Shown one piece after another: positions 1-9,004 of a stretch of DNA of 64,000 nt. Every line of letters begins with the position of its first letter. Within the stretch, counting starts at the first letter, position 1. The notes beneath the pieces are model-generated. The model had not been told where the DNA came from. It worked only from the letters and a program-made list of their open reading frames with translations, and did no database searches. The DNA lies in assembly GCA_041538025.1 (NCBI GenBank), contig JBGOEV010000004.1, positions 18,161-82,160 on the forward strand. The letters run 5' to 3'. The position numbers and the translations under genes are program-made. The stretch comes from Candidatus Thermosaccharophagus gerlachensis (GTDB taxonomy: Bacteria > Armatimonadota > Fervidibacteria > Fervidibacterales > Thermosaccharophagaceae).

Positions 1-252
1 GTTGATGTAGTTGGTGAGGACAATAACCCTGAGATGCATATGCTTAAAAGCGAATTAAAACAAATCGTTCGCGAGGCGATAAGTGCTTTGCCTGAGCACC
101 TCAGGATCGTGCTCATATTGCGTGAGTATGAAGACCTATCTTATGAAGAGATTGCGAGCATCGTTGGCTGTCGTGTTGGGACAGTTAAGAGCAGGCTATT
201 TCAAGCGAGGGAGATGCTCAAAAGAAAACTGTCGCCATACATATCTATCTGA
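1..252 (+). CDS. ECF-type RNA polymerase sigma factor (RpoE-like), 5'-truncated by window edge
   Basis: Frame open from base 1. Region 4 motif LPEHLRIVLILREYEDLSYEEIASIVGCRVGTVKSRLFQAR. Followed by an anti-sigma gene. Confidence 0.9.
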   Translation, partial: VDVVGEDNNPEMHMLKSELKQIVREAISALPEHLRIVLILREYEDLSYEEIASIVGCRVGTVKSRLFQAREMLKRKLSPYISI

Positions 253-266
253 GAAGGTGATGACAT

Positions 267-740
267 ATGCGCAGAGAATGCAAGAAGGCTCGTAAATACA
301 TGTCGTTGATGCTTGATGGCGAGATAACAAGAAGTGCTCTCAAGTGGTTTGAAGCCCACATTAACAGGTGCGTAGCGTGCAGGGCTGAGTTGCGAGCACT
401 GCAGGTCATCAGTCAAGCGATTCGTTCCGAAGGACGAGTCAAAGCGCCTATTGATGTGTCTGAGCACATAGCGCCAATGCTGTGGCAAGTGCACCCAGCC
501 GAAACTACAAGAAGGCAGTATCTAAAGCCTTTTTTGCTACCGCTCGCTTTTTCCCTTTCATTGCTGTTAGCAGTTTGCTGTATTTGGGTTAGATGGAAGT
601 CAAATGAAGGCGCTGATGTTGCCCGCATGCAGATACCACCAGTTTATGTTCATGCTCATTTGCTCAACGCTGACCAAGCGCAGGTGTTCCTTAACCCTAT
701 GACTAATCTCACTATCGTTGAAGCATCCAGTTGGCGTTGA
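267..740 (+). CDS. zf-HC2 (ZAS) anti-sigma factor with one TM helix
   Basis: HINRCVAC matches HxxxCxxC. Hydrophobic segment LLPLAFSLSLLLAVCCIWV. RBS gaaggtg. Directly after the ECF sigma. Confidence 0.85.
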   Translation: MRRECKKARKYMSLMLDGEITRSALKWFEAHINRCVACRAELRALQVISQAIRSEGRVKAPIDVSEHIAPMLWQVHPAETTRRQYLKPFLLPLAFSLSLLLAVCCIWVRWKSNEGADVARMQIPPVYVHAHLLNADQAQVFLNPMTNLTIVEASSWR

Positions 741-782
741 TCAGGTGAATGGAGTTTTACAACATCGCAAGGTGAGTGGAGG

Positions 783-1844
783 ATGAAGAGCTACATCTCT
801 TTAGTTGCAGTTGTCCTGCTCACCCTTCAGTTTGGTGTAGCGTTTGGTGGTGCGCTCCCAAGTAGAGGAAAGTGTGGCATTGAAGGCGTGCGTGTTTTGC
901 GTGAATGGTTGAGCAAGTGCACGCCAAGGAGTTATTACGGTATCCAAACGATAACAGTTATGTGGGGTGAGGGGAGGAAGAAGATTTGGAAGTGGCGTGT
1001 GTGGCATGATGCCTCTGGTAAAGCCCGCATGGAAATCGTTGAGCCAGCCAACCTTAAAGGGGCTGTCGTTATAAGCGATGGTCAAACAACATGGCGTATA
1101 TCCTCGGGCGGTAAAGTGGCTATTCAAGTGGACGATAAGTTAAGAGCTCCATGGGATGTGAGGATAGAGCGTTTTGATTTGCTCGCTCAAAACTACAAGG
1201 TGACGCTTGTGGGGATGGAGGAAGTAGCTGGGAGGGATTGTCAAGTCTTCAGCATTGAACCATACCATAGCTTTAATCCGTCGTTGAAGCTATGGCTTGA
1301 TGTGAAGATACCGATACAACTGCGCTTTGAAAGCTACAACCCAGATGGGAGCATGGCTTGGAAGATGGAATACGAAGAGATAAAGTTTGACGAGCCAATC
1401 CCAAGTTCACTTTTCCAGCCCAACCTCCCAAAGGATTGCAAGATAATAAAATCCGCCTTTAGCAGGCAAGGACCTTTTAAGCTCTCCGAATTGCCCACCA
1501 GTTTAGGGTTTCCAGTTTTGCTTCCAACGGCGCTACCTCCCGGGTATGTGTTTGACAGGGCATTCGTGATCAGTTCATCGATGGGTTGGGATAAGCCAAT
1601 GCTACATCTCATCTACACTAACGGCATCAATGTTATATCTGTGTTTGAGCACCGTATCGCGAAGGGAGAGAAAAGACATAGGCAAAGAGGTGAACAAAGG
1701 AAGCATGGCATGGAGAGATGGATGTCCCCCTTCTATTGGCAGAACGTTGTTCGTAGAACTGTCGGTGATGTTGAGGTTGTTTTGATCTCTCGTCTTCCAA
1801 AGCCGATGCTTGAGAAAGTGGCTGACTCAATCAGCGTTAGATGA
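783..1844 (+). CDS. MucB/RseB-like sigma-E regulatory protein (LolA-like fold plus C-terminal DUF4367-like domain)
   Basis: Signal peptide. Motifs EEVAGRDCQV, LWLD and LPTALPPGYVF. Third gene of the sigma/anti-sigma triad. Confidence 0.75.
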   Translation: MKSYISLVAVVLLTLQFGVAFGGALPSRGKCGIEGVRVLREWLSKCTPRSYYGIQTITVMWGEGRKKIWKWRVWHDASGKARMEIVEPANLKGAVVISDGQTTWRISSGGKVAIQVDDKLRAPWDVRIERFDLLAQNYKVTLVGMEEVAGRDCQVFSIEPYHSFNPSLKLWLDVKIPIQLRFESYNPDGSMAWKMEYEEIKFDEPIPSSLFQPNLPKDCKIIKSAFSRQGPFKLSELPTSLGFPVLLPTALPPGYVFDRAFVISSSMGWDKPMLHLIYTNGINVISVFEHRIAKGEKRHRQRGEQRKHGMERWMSPFYWQNVVRRTVGDVEVVLISRLPKPMLEKVADSISVR

Positions 1845-1902
1845 TGCTTCCCTCTTGAATGAGTTTTTGGTGTATCTATTCTGTTGGAGGCGAGAAACGT
1901 TG

Positions 1903-3636
1903 ATGGAGAACAAAGTGAACGCTTCTTGGAGAGTTTCGGAGGAGCACATAGGTGAGTTGCTCATAAAACTTGGGAAGCTAACTCACGAGAAGCTTGAAGA
2001 GGCTTTAAAGCTTCAAAAACAGAGCTCGCAAAAGAAAAGGCTCGGCGAGCTTCTGGTAGAACTTGGCTATTGCAGTGAGGATGACATTGTTGAGGCTCTA
2101 TCGGTGCAGACTGGTTTGCCCATCATTAACCTTCGTGAAGCGAAAGTTGATCCGAATGTGCTTATGCTACTCCCACCAGAAGTAGCCTATAGGCATATGG
2201 TTCTACCGATTGAGAGGCGCAACTCAGTTTTAAAGGTAGCTACAGCAGATCCATTTGATGTGGCTATGGAAGATGCTTTGCGCTTCATCACTGGACTCAA
2301 TGTTGAAATGGTGCTTGCACGTCCCGGCGATATAAGGCTTCTGATTGAACAGCATTATATGCGAAAGGTGATGCAGGAAAGCCAAGATGAGTATGTTGAG
2401 GTTGTTGAAGAGGCTGAGGAGGAGATAGGAGACCCAACGAAGCTCGCGAAAGAGGCGCTTGTGATAAGGCTTGTTGATATGCTCATAAGGAATGCTGTTA
2501 GGGAGAGAGCTACTGACATACACATTGAGCCGTTTGAACGCACGCTTAGAATACGCTACAGGATTGATGGGGTGCTACATGAAGTCCCAGCACCAGCAAA
2601 ACGATTTCACGCTGCCATCGTTTCAAGGATAAAGATCATGTCAAACCTTGATATAACTGAGAGGCGTAAACCACAGGATGGGCGTATAAGGATCAGAGTT
2701 CTCGGGAGAGAGATTGACCTTCGTGTTTCAATCATCCCGACGATGTTTGGGGAATCAGTTGTGTTGCGCATACTTGACAAGTCTTCGGCATTGCTCACGC
2801 TTGAGCAACTCGGGATGATGCCGGATGACTTGAGCCGTTTTGAGAAGGTTATCCAAGCACCGTATGGCATATTGCTCGCAACAGGTCCAACAGGGAGCGG
2901 TAAAACAACAACACTCTACGCAGCTATACAGAGGCTCTACACGCCAGAGCTCAAGTTCATCACTATTGAAGACCCAGTTGAGTATCAAATTGATGGTGTG
3001 AATCAAATACAAGTCAACCCACAAGTTGGCGTCACATTCGCAAACGCTTTGCGTTCAATACTGAGGCATGACCCGGACATAATCATGGTTGGCGAGATAA
3101 GGGACAGCGAGACTGCCGAAATAGCAATCCACGCTGCCTTGACTGGTCATCTTGTCTTTTCAACTCTGCACACAAATGATGCCCCGGGTGCTATAACGAG
3201 GTTGCTTGAGATGGGCATGGAACCGTTCCTTGTTGCGTCAGCCCTGCAAGGAGTGTTGGCTCAGAGACTTGTGAGAAAGATATGCCCGCATTGCATTACC
3301 GAATATGAACCCGGCGAAGCATTGAGGGAGATGCTTGTGATGGAAGGCTTTGATGAAGCGAAAGATTGCAAATTCTATTACGGTGCTGGTTGCAAGGAAT
3401 GTCGCTACACAGGCTACTTTGGGCGAACTGGAATATTTGAGCTACTGATAATGGATGAGACGATAAGGGAAATGGTCATGCGTAAAGCTCCAGCTAACGA
3501 AATAAGGCAAGTAGCAATTGAGAAGGGCATGCATACGCTCCGCCAAGATGGGTTAAGGAAGGTCATCCTCGGAATAACTACCCTTGAAGAGGTTGAAAGG
3601 GTAACACAACTCCCAAACAATAGCTTGCCAAAGTGA
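1903..3636 (+). CDS. gspE: Type II secretion / type IV pilus assembly ATPase GspE/PilB with MshEN N-terminus
   Basis: Walker A GPTGSGKTTT, TIEDPVEY, DPDIIMVGEIRD, GHLVFSTLHTND, Cys4 (CPHC...CKEC). Start ATG 1903 after a ggagg RBS; the ORF track start 1810 overlaps the upstream gene. Confidence 0.93.
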   Translation: MENKVNASWRVSEEHIGELLIKLGKLTHEKLEEALKLQKQSSQKKRLGELLVELGYCSEDDIVEALSVQTGLPIINLREAKVDPNVLMLLPPEVAYRHMVLPIERRNSVLKVATADPFDVAMEDALRFITGLNVEMVLARPGDIRLLIEQHYMRKVMQESQDEYVEVVEEAEEEIGDPTKLAKEALVIRLVDMLIRNAVRERATDIHIEPFERTLRIRYRIDGVLHEVPAPAKRFHAAIVSRIKIMSNLDITERRKPQDGRIRIRVLGREIDLRVSIIPTMFGESVVLRILDKSSALLTLEQLGMMPDDLSRFEKVIQAPYGILLATGPTGSGKTTTLYAAIQRLYTPELKFITIEDPVEYQIDGVNQIQVNPQVGVTFANALRSILRHDPDIIMVGEIRDSETAEIAIHAALTGHLVFSTLHTNDAPGAITRLLEMGMEPFLVASALQGVLAQRLVRKICPHCITEYEPGEALREMLVMEGFDEAKDCKFYYGAGCKECRYTGYFGRTGIFELLIMDETIREMVMRKAPANEIRQVAIEKGMHTLRQDGLRKVILGITTLEEVERVTQLPNNSLPK

Positions 3637-3665
3637 TACTGCCACCACACGGGAAGGTGGCGATA

Positions 3666-4877
3666 GTGGCTACATTTAGGTATACGGCACTCACTCAAAA
3701 GGGCAATCAAGTGCAGGGTGAAATCACTGCCGAAACAAGAGAGACGGCTTTTGAGCTGATCAGGCAGATGGGACATTATCCCCTTGAAGTTCATATGGTC
3801 ACGGATAAGAAGCCAAAACCAAGGCTCGGTTTGCAGAAGCGCATCAGCTATCAAGATTTAACACTCCTCTCAAGGCAACTTGCAAACCTCTTTAAGGGTG
3901 GTCTGCCTTTGATTCGCTGTCTTGAGGCTTTGATTGAGCATACCGAGAACAAGCTTCTTATCAGCATTTTGAAGGAAGTCGTTGAGGATGTGCGTTCTGG
4001 AAGCGCTTTTCATGAGGCACTCAGCAAGCACGGTGATTTTTTCCCGCCACTTTATGTGGCGCTGATAAAGGCTGGTGAAAGTGCTGGAAGGCTTCACCTG
4101 ATACTTGAATGGCTTGCCGACTATATGGAGAGACAGCAAGAAAGGCTCTCTCAGGTGAGGGCATCACTTGCATATCCTACAGTGTTGGTCAGCTTCGGAA
4201 GCATTGCTGTTTTCCTACTGATCACATTCATGGTTCCACGCTTCCAAGCAATCTATGCGGAGTTTGGACAGGCGCTGCCTTTACCAACAACCATATTGAT
4301 GAACATTTCACGCTTCTCAGCGAAGTGGTGGTGGCTCTTCATAGCTGGTGCTTTTTCACTCTTCTCATTGTTTAGGTATGTTGTATCAACTGAGAGCGGT
4401 AGGATTTTCGTTGATGCTCTTAAGTTGCGTTTACCTATCTACTCACGCCTCGCTTTGAAGATGGCTGTCGTTAGGTTTTGTAGGGCGCTTGCTACACTCC
4501 TTCGTGGTGGTGTGCCGATACTTGAAGCGCTTGAAATTGCTAAGGATGCAATCGGCAATGAGGTGCTTGCAAGAGAAATAATGAAGGTTAGAAGGAGAGT
4601 TAGGGAGGGCGAAAAGATCGCAGAGCATCTGCACTCATGCAACCTCTTCCCACCACTTCTCATCCACATGCTTGCTGTGGGTGAGGAAGTAGGCGATTTG
4701 CCCGGAGCGCTGACAACCGTTTCCGACACTCTTGATGTGGAGATTGATGCATCACTTAAGACGCTCGTCGGTTTGATTGAACCTGCAATTATCTTGCTCA
4801 TGGGTGCGATAGTGGCTTTTGTTATATTTGCGATGGTCTTACCAATATTTCAGATGAACCTAATGGCTGGTATGTGA
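3666..4877 (+). CDS. gspF: Type II secretion inner-membrane platform protein GspF/PilC
   Basis: Two T2SSF repeats (AGESAG, VGEEVG), SLAYP, IEPAII. GTG 3666 (MATFRY) after RBS gaaggtgg. Confidence 0.92.
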   Translation: MATFRYTALTQKGNQVQGEITAETRETAFELIRQMGHYPLEVHMVTDKKPKPRLGLQKRISYQDLTLLSRQLANLFKGGLPLIRCLEALIEHTENKLLISILKEVVEDVRSGSAFHEALSKHGDFFPPLYVALIKAGESAGRLHLILEWLADYMERQQERLSQVRASLAYPTVLVSFGSIAVFLLITFMVPRFQAIYAEFGQALPLPTTILMNISRFSAKWWWLFIAGAFSLFSLFRYVVSTESGRIFVDALKLRLPIYSRLALKMAVVRFCRALATLLRGGVPILEALEIAKDAIGNEVLAREIMKVRRRVREGEKIAEHLHSCNLFPPLLIHMLAVGEEVGDLPGALTTVSDTLDVEIDASLKTLVGLIEPAIILLMGAIVAFVIFAMVLPIFQMNLMAGM

Positions 4878-4897
4878 GTGCGAAGGGGGAATGGAAA

Positions 4898-5350
4898 ATG
4901 CTACTTGCTAAGCGATTTAGAGCATCAGGCGGGGGCTTCACGCTGATTGAGCTGATGGTGGTAATGGTCATACTTGTGCTTTTAGCTGGTGGTGTAAGCG
5001 TGATGGTTGTGGGGCGAATTGAGGAAGCTAAGAGAGCGAGGGCGAAGATGGATATACAAGCACTTGAAGCTGCTTTAGACATGTATTACGCACACAACGG
5101 TCGTTACCCAACAACCGAGCAAGGTTTAAACGCGTTGATTGCCAAACCCACAATTGAACCAATACCGCAGAACTGGCAAGGTCCATATCTTAAGCATGGT
5201 AGGTTGCCAAAAGACCCATGGGGCAACGACTATCGGTATGTATGCCCGGGCAAATACAACAAAGACAGCTTTGACCTATATTCGCTTGGGCGTGACGGAA
5301 AGGAAGGCGGAACGGGGCTTGATGCTGACATAGGAAACTGGGAGGAGTAG
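4898..5350 (+). CDS. gspG: Major pseudopilin GspG
   Basis: G|FTLIELMVV prepilin site. YPTTEQGLNAL, WQGPYL, DPWGNDYRY, SLGRDGKEGG, DIGNW. Confidence 0.95.
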   Translation: MLLAKRFRASGGGFTLIELMVVMVILVLLAGGVSVMVVGRIEEAKRARAKMDIQALEAALDMYYAHNGRYPTTEQGLNALIAKPTIEPIPQNWQGPYLKHGRLPKDPWGNDYRYVCPGKYNKDSFDLYSLGRDGKEGGTGLDADIGNWEE

Positions 5351-5355
5351 CGTAG

Positions 5356-6039
5356 GTGATGACGAATTTAGAGTGCTCTATTTCATCGTCCCTTAATGGA
5401 ACGAAGAGGGCTTTCACACTTGTTGAGCTGATGGTCGTGCTTGCCATAATGGCTCTCGTAGTATCAGTAGCAATGCCGAACTTTGCTGTTTACTACGATG
5501 CTGAAAAAGTTCGCTCGGTCTCGAGGCGCTTAATCTCGTGCATAAACTACGCACGCCAATATGCAGTTAACCGCAGGTGCATAACTATCGTCACCTTTGA
5601 TTGGGATGATAAGGAAGTTCAGGTGCTCGTCCCAAAAGAGCTCACTGCAACAGATAAAGAGCAGTTGAGTGAAGGTTTGATAGTGCCTGAGTCAATGGCA
5701 GATTTAACTGTTGGTGCTACCAGACATAGGTTGCCGAAGGAACTACTTATGCTGTTAAGCGATATGCCAAGTGGTATGTCGCCTGATGCCTCATTGGAGG
5801 ATTTTGTGCCAGCAACCGATGAGCGTTTTGGAGCATTTAAGATACCTGAAGGTGTTGAGGTAACTATAAGCGAGGTTGAAACTGGCTCAAAAATTGGAAG
5901 GCTCATTTTTTACCCTGACGGGACTTCAACATCCGGCACTGTGGCTATAAAAAATTGGCGAGGCTTCCAAATCACGCTTTTTATAGACGGTGTTACTATG
6001 GAGGTAAGCACCGCAAACGATGAAGGGAAACGAAAGTGA
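5356..6039 (+). CDS. gspH: Minor pseudopilin GspH/FimT-like
   Basis: A|FTLVELMVV N-methyl site. C-terminal IFYPDG motif. Gene order. Confidence 0.8.
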   Translation: MMTNLECSISSSLNGTKRAFTLVELMVVLAIMALVVSVAMPNFAVYYDAEKVRSVSRRLISCINYARQYAVNRRCITIVTFDWDDKEVQVLVPKELTATDKEQLSEGLIVPESMADLTVGATRHRLPKELLMLLSDMPSGMSPDASLEDFVPATDERFGAFKIPEGVEVTISEVETGSKIGRLIFYPDGTSTSGTVAIKNWRGFQITLFIDGVTMEVSTANDEGKRK

Positions 6040-6106
6040 TTTTTTAAGGCATGGCACAAGCTTCTGGCTTTTCCCCTTGTATTGGTTAAGCGCTTCCTGC
6101 AGTGAG

Positions 6107-6637
6107 ATGTCAGGTGGCGTGAACTTTAATGTTGCGTTACCCCGCAGGTTGAGCACTAAAGAACTTCATGGCTTTACATTGCTGGAGTTGCTTGTCGCCC
6201 TCGCAATCATGTTGATAGCTGTCGCTGGGATAATGCATGCAGTAAGCAATGGGCTTGTAACAATGCAATCCATTTCAAGGAGGATGGAGGCACTCAATCT
6301 TGCAAGGATGAAGATGGAAGAGCTTTTGCAATCGCCAGAAGAACAACCAACAGAGCAAGAAGGTGACTTCGGTGAAGCATTCCCTCAGTTCAGGTGGAGT
6401 GCACGAATTTCAGATGCACCAGTGGAAGGTCTTAAAACGATTACGGTGGCTGTAGTTTGGTTTGAGGGTGCTGAAGAACGCACCCTCACGTTAAGTGTGC
6501 TCTATGGGCGAGAAAAGCTTTCTTCATTGCTGTTGAGCGAGAATGAACTTAACCCTACAGCTCAAGGGGAACACCAAAGTGGCGCAATCAGGAAAACTGT
6601 CCCTGAAGGGGCAAGTGAGGAAGATGCAAATCGGTGA
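6107..6637 (+). CDS. gspI: Minor pseudopilin GspI-like
   Basis: G|FTLLELLVAL, EGDF...FRW, ITVAVVW. Start uncertain (6107 or 6119; the ORF track gives 6020). Confidence 0.78.
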   Translation: MSGGVNFNVALPRRLSTKELHGFTLLELLVALAIMLIAVAGIMHAVSNGLVTMQSISRRMEALNLARMKMEELLQSPEEQPTEQEGDFGEAFPQFRWSARISDAPVEGLKTITVAVVWFEGAEERTLTLSVLYGREKLSSLLLSENELNPTAQGEHQSGAIRKTVPEGASEEDANR

Positions 6638-7526
6638 ACTTTGCGAGATAGCGAACTTCAACAGGAGTAAGATGAAGACCGTTGGGATGACACTTGTTGA
6701 ATTAGTTGTCGCTCTTTCTATCGCCACGCTCTTGTTTGGTGGGCTTGCCATGGTGTTCAGAGCAATTCAGCTCTCGGAAAGGACATGCGATGAGCAACTC
6801 AAACTGATTAGGGTGGCACAAGCAGCGCTTGAGCGCATCTCAACCGACCTGCGTTGCTGCTATCCGATGCGAGTCCAAATTCCGCAGGAGTTGCTCAGTG
6901 GCAGAGGAAGCACTACAGCAACGAGGAACTTCAGTTTGCTTCCACAGTCAGCAACAAACACGAGTATGTCGGAGATGCCAAGCAGTATCATAACATTCCT
7001 TACCGAAGATAACTACAATGAGCAGATGCAACTTGAACAGGATTCTTTGCGCTTTACAACTGCAGTGAACGACCCACGTTCGCACAATGAGCCCTCTTAC
7101 GATGTAGTTGAGGTTGCCTACTACATTGATGTTGACCAAAAGACGCCCGAGGAAGGGTTGGTCAGAGCTGTCGGGTTGCTCCCTGGGCTTTTGAGCGAGC
7201 AGGTAACAGGTAAGGAGCAAAAGAAAGCGGTGCTATCCAAAAACATTTACTCGTTGAACTTGCGCTACTTTGACGATTCAAATTCACAGTGGCTGGATGA
7301 GTGGTATGACTTTGAAAAGTTGCCGTCAATGGTTGAAGTTACAATTGGTGTTTTAACGGATGCGGATGTTGAGAACGTGAAAGCAAACAAACCACCATCT
7401 AACATGCGCTCATATGTGTCTGTTGTGCCAATCGTTGTAAGAAGCATCCCGACAGGGTTAACCTATGAGGAGCTAAATCAATCGCAGGTAATGGAAGGGG
7501 CTCAGGAACAGCAAATCTCAAGGTGA
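6624..7526 (+). CDS. gspJ: Minor pseudopilin GspJ-like
   Basis: G|MTLVELVVAL, ERISTDLR, LRYFD..WLDEW...LPSMVEVTI. Alternative start 6672. Confidence 0.78.
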   Translation: MQIGELCEIANFNRSKMKTVGMTLVELVVALSIATLLFGGLAMVFRAIQLSERTCDEQLKLIRVAQAALERISTDLRCCYPMRVQIPQELLSGRGSTTATRNFSLLPQSATNTSMSEMPSSIITFLTEDNYNEQMQLEQDSLRFTTAVNDPRSHNEPSYDVVEVAYYIDVDQKTPEEGLVRAVGLLPGLLSEQVTGKEQKKAVLSKNIYSLNLRYFDDSNSQWLDEWYDFEKLPSMVEVTIGVLTDADVENVKANKPPSNMRSYVSVVPIVVRSIPTGLTYEELNQSQVMEGAQEQQISR

Positions 7527-7533
7527 TAAGAAG

Positions 7534-8997
7534 ATGAACCGAGGGATAGCGCTCATATTTGTGCTTTGGCTGACAGCAGTCCTTGCCCTCGCTGTATCGT
7601 CCATGCTTTTAATGTTGCGAATGGAGGTGCGCAGGTGCGCTCTCCAAGAGGATAGCGTGAAGGCTTTTTATCTTGCAAGGTCTGGTTTAGCACACGCATT
7701 AAGTTTGCTCGCACGAGATGCGAACGGCTTTGATAGCTACAGCGAGGAATGGGCATTCATTGATTCAACTCAGTCAGAGTTATCAGAGGAGCAGGGCAGA
7801 TACATCGTCAAAGTTGAGGATGAGTCTGGGAAACTCAACTTGAACATGGCTTCACGGGATGAGCTCATTCGCTTTTTCGGTGATGAGGAGATCGCCGATG
7901 CCATAATAGATTGGCGTGACAAAGATGATGCTCAAAGCGCATGTGGGGCTGAATCTGAATGGTATGCGTTGGCAGGCTTGCCGTATAAACCTCGCAACGG
8001 TCCTTTTGAGACATTGCATGAGTTGCTCCTCGTCAGAGGGATAAGCAAGGATACATTTTATGGTGTCATGAGAGATGGCAGGCAAGTTTCAACACCTGCT
8101 CGGAACCACCTGACCGTTTATTCGTCTGTCCCAAATGTCATGCCAGATGGCTCTCCACTCGTCAACTTGAATAAGGCTTCGGAGGAAGAATTGAAGAGTG
8201 CTCTTGGTGATGTGCTTACGGATGATGAAATAAAAGCGATTGTGCGATATCGCATTGGTTCTCAAACCCCTCAAGCAACACAGCGTCCACAGCAGAGTGC
8301 CACTCAAAAGCCACCACCCAATGAAACAGTCACCCAAGGAACAACATTTGGAAGCAACCAGACGAGCGCTGTTCCGTCTCGCGCCATAATCACACAACCA
8401 CCTATCTCGTCACTCGAGGGCATGGCTACGCAAGGTGAACAACAGCAACCTCAAAGGGGGAGTGAAGTGCAAGCGCGATTGTTCAATTCGCTTTCCGACC
8501 TTTTCTCAGTTCCCGGGATGCCACCTGACAAAGCGCGACAAATAATTGACCGAGTGACCATATGGGACGGCAGTGCAAGATACGGTGTCATAAACATTAA
8601 CACTGCGTCTTTTGAGGTCTTGATGAGCATACCGACGATGAGCGAAGCAATCGCCAATGACATAATCGCCTTTAGGGACACCAATGGTGCTTTCGAATCG
8701 CTCTCACAGCTTCTTGACCTGCCATCTGTTGATGAGGAAACTTTTAGGCGGTTGGTTGATCGTGTGAGCATACGAACTAACACATTCCGAATTATCTCGG
8801 TCGGTTGGATGAACAGCGGTGCGCGCCATGTCATAGAATGCGTTGTTGAGCGTCTGCCACATAGCCCAACAGAAGTAGCTTCGCGAAAGCCACAAACCGA
8901 ATTATTCAGCACGAGTTTCAGAGAACCTATAACGCACTCAGGGAGCTCTAAGAAGGGCACTTATACGTTTCTCGTTCGCTACTGGAGAGAAAGGTGA
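7534..8997 (+). CDS. gspK: Minor pseudopilin GspK with extra HhH/SAM-like module
   Basis: RG|IALIFVLW (no E5, as in GspK), DESGKLNLN, ADAIIDWRD, GAESEWY, PRNGPF..ELLLVRG. Confidence 0.88.
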   Translation: MNRGIALIFVLWLTAVLALAVSSMLLMLRMEVRRCALQEDSVKAFYLARSGLAHALSLLARDANGFDSYSEEWAFIDSTQSELSEEQGRYIVKVEDESGKLNLNMASRDELIRFFGDEEIADAIIDWRDKDDAQSACGAESEWYALAGLPYKPRNGPFETLHELLLVRGISKDTFYGVMRDGRQVSTPARNHLTVYSSVPNVMPDGSPLVNLNKASEEELKSALGDVLTDDEIKAIVRYRIGSQTPQATQRPQQSATQKPPPNETVTQGTTFGSNQTSAVPSRAIITQPPISSLEGMATQGEQQQPQRGSEVQARLFNSLSDLFSVPGMPPDKARQIIDRVTIWDGSARYGVININTASFEVLMSIPTMSEAIANDIIAFRDTNGAFESLSQLLDLPSVDEETFRRLVDRVSIRTNTFRIISVGWMNSGARHVIECVVERLPHSPTEVASRKPQTELFSTSFREPITHSGSSKKGTYTFLVRYWRER

Positions 8998-9004
8998 TCG
9001 TGAG

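Noticed and set aside
1810-1902. N-terminal extension of gspE in the ORF track
   Set aside because: Overlaps the MucB-like gene. ATG 1903 has a ggagg RBS and sits just before the MshEN domain.
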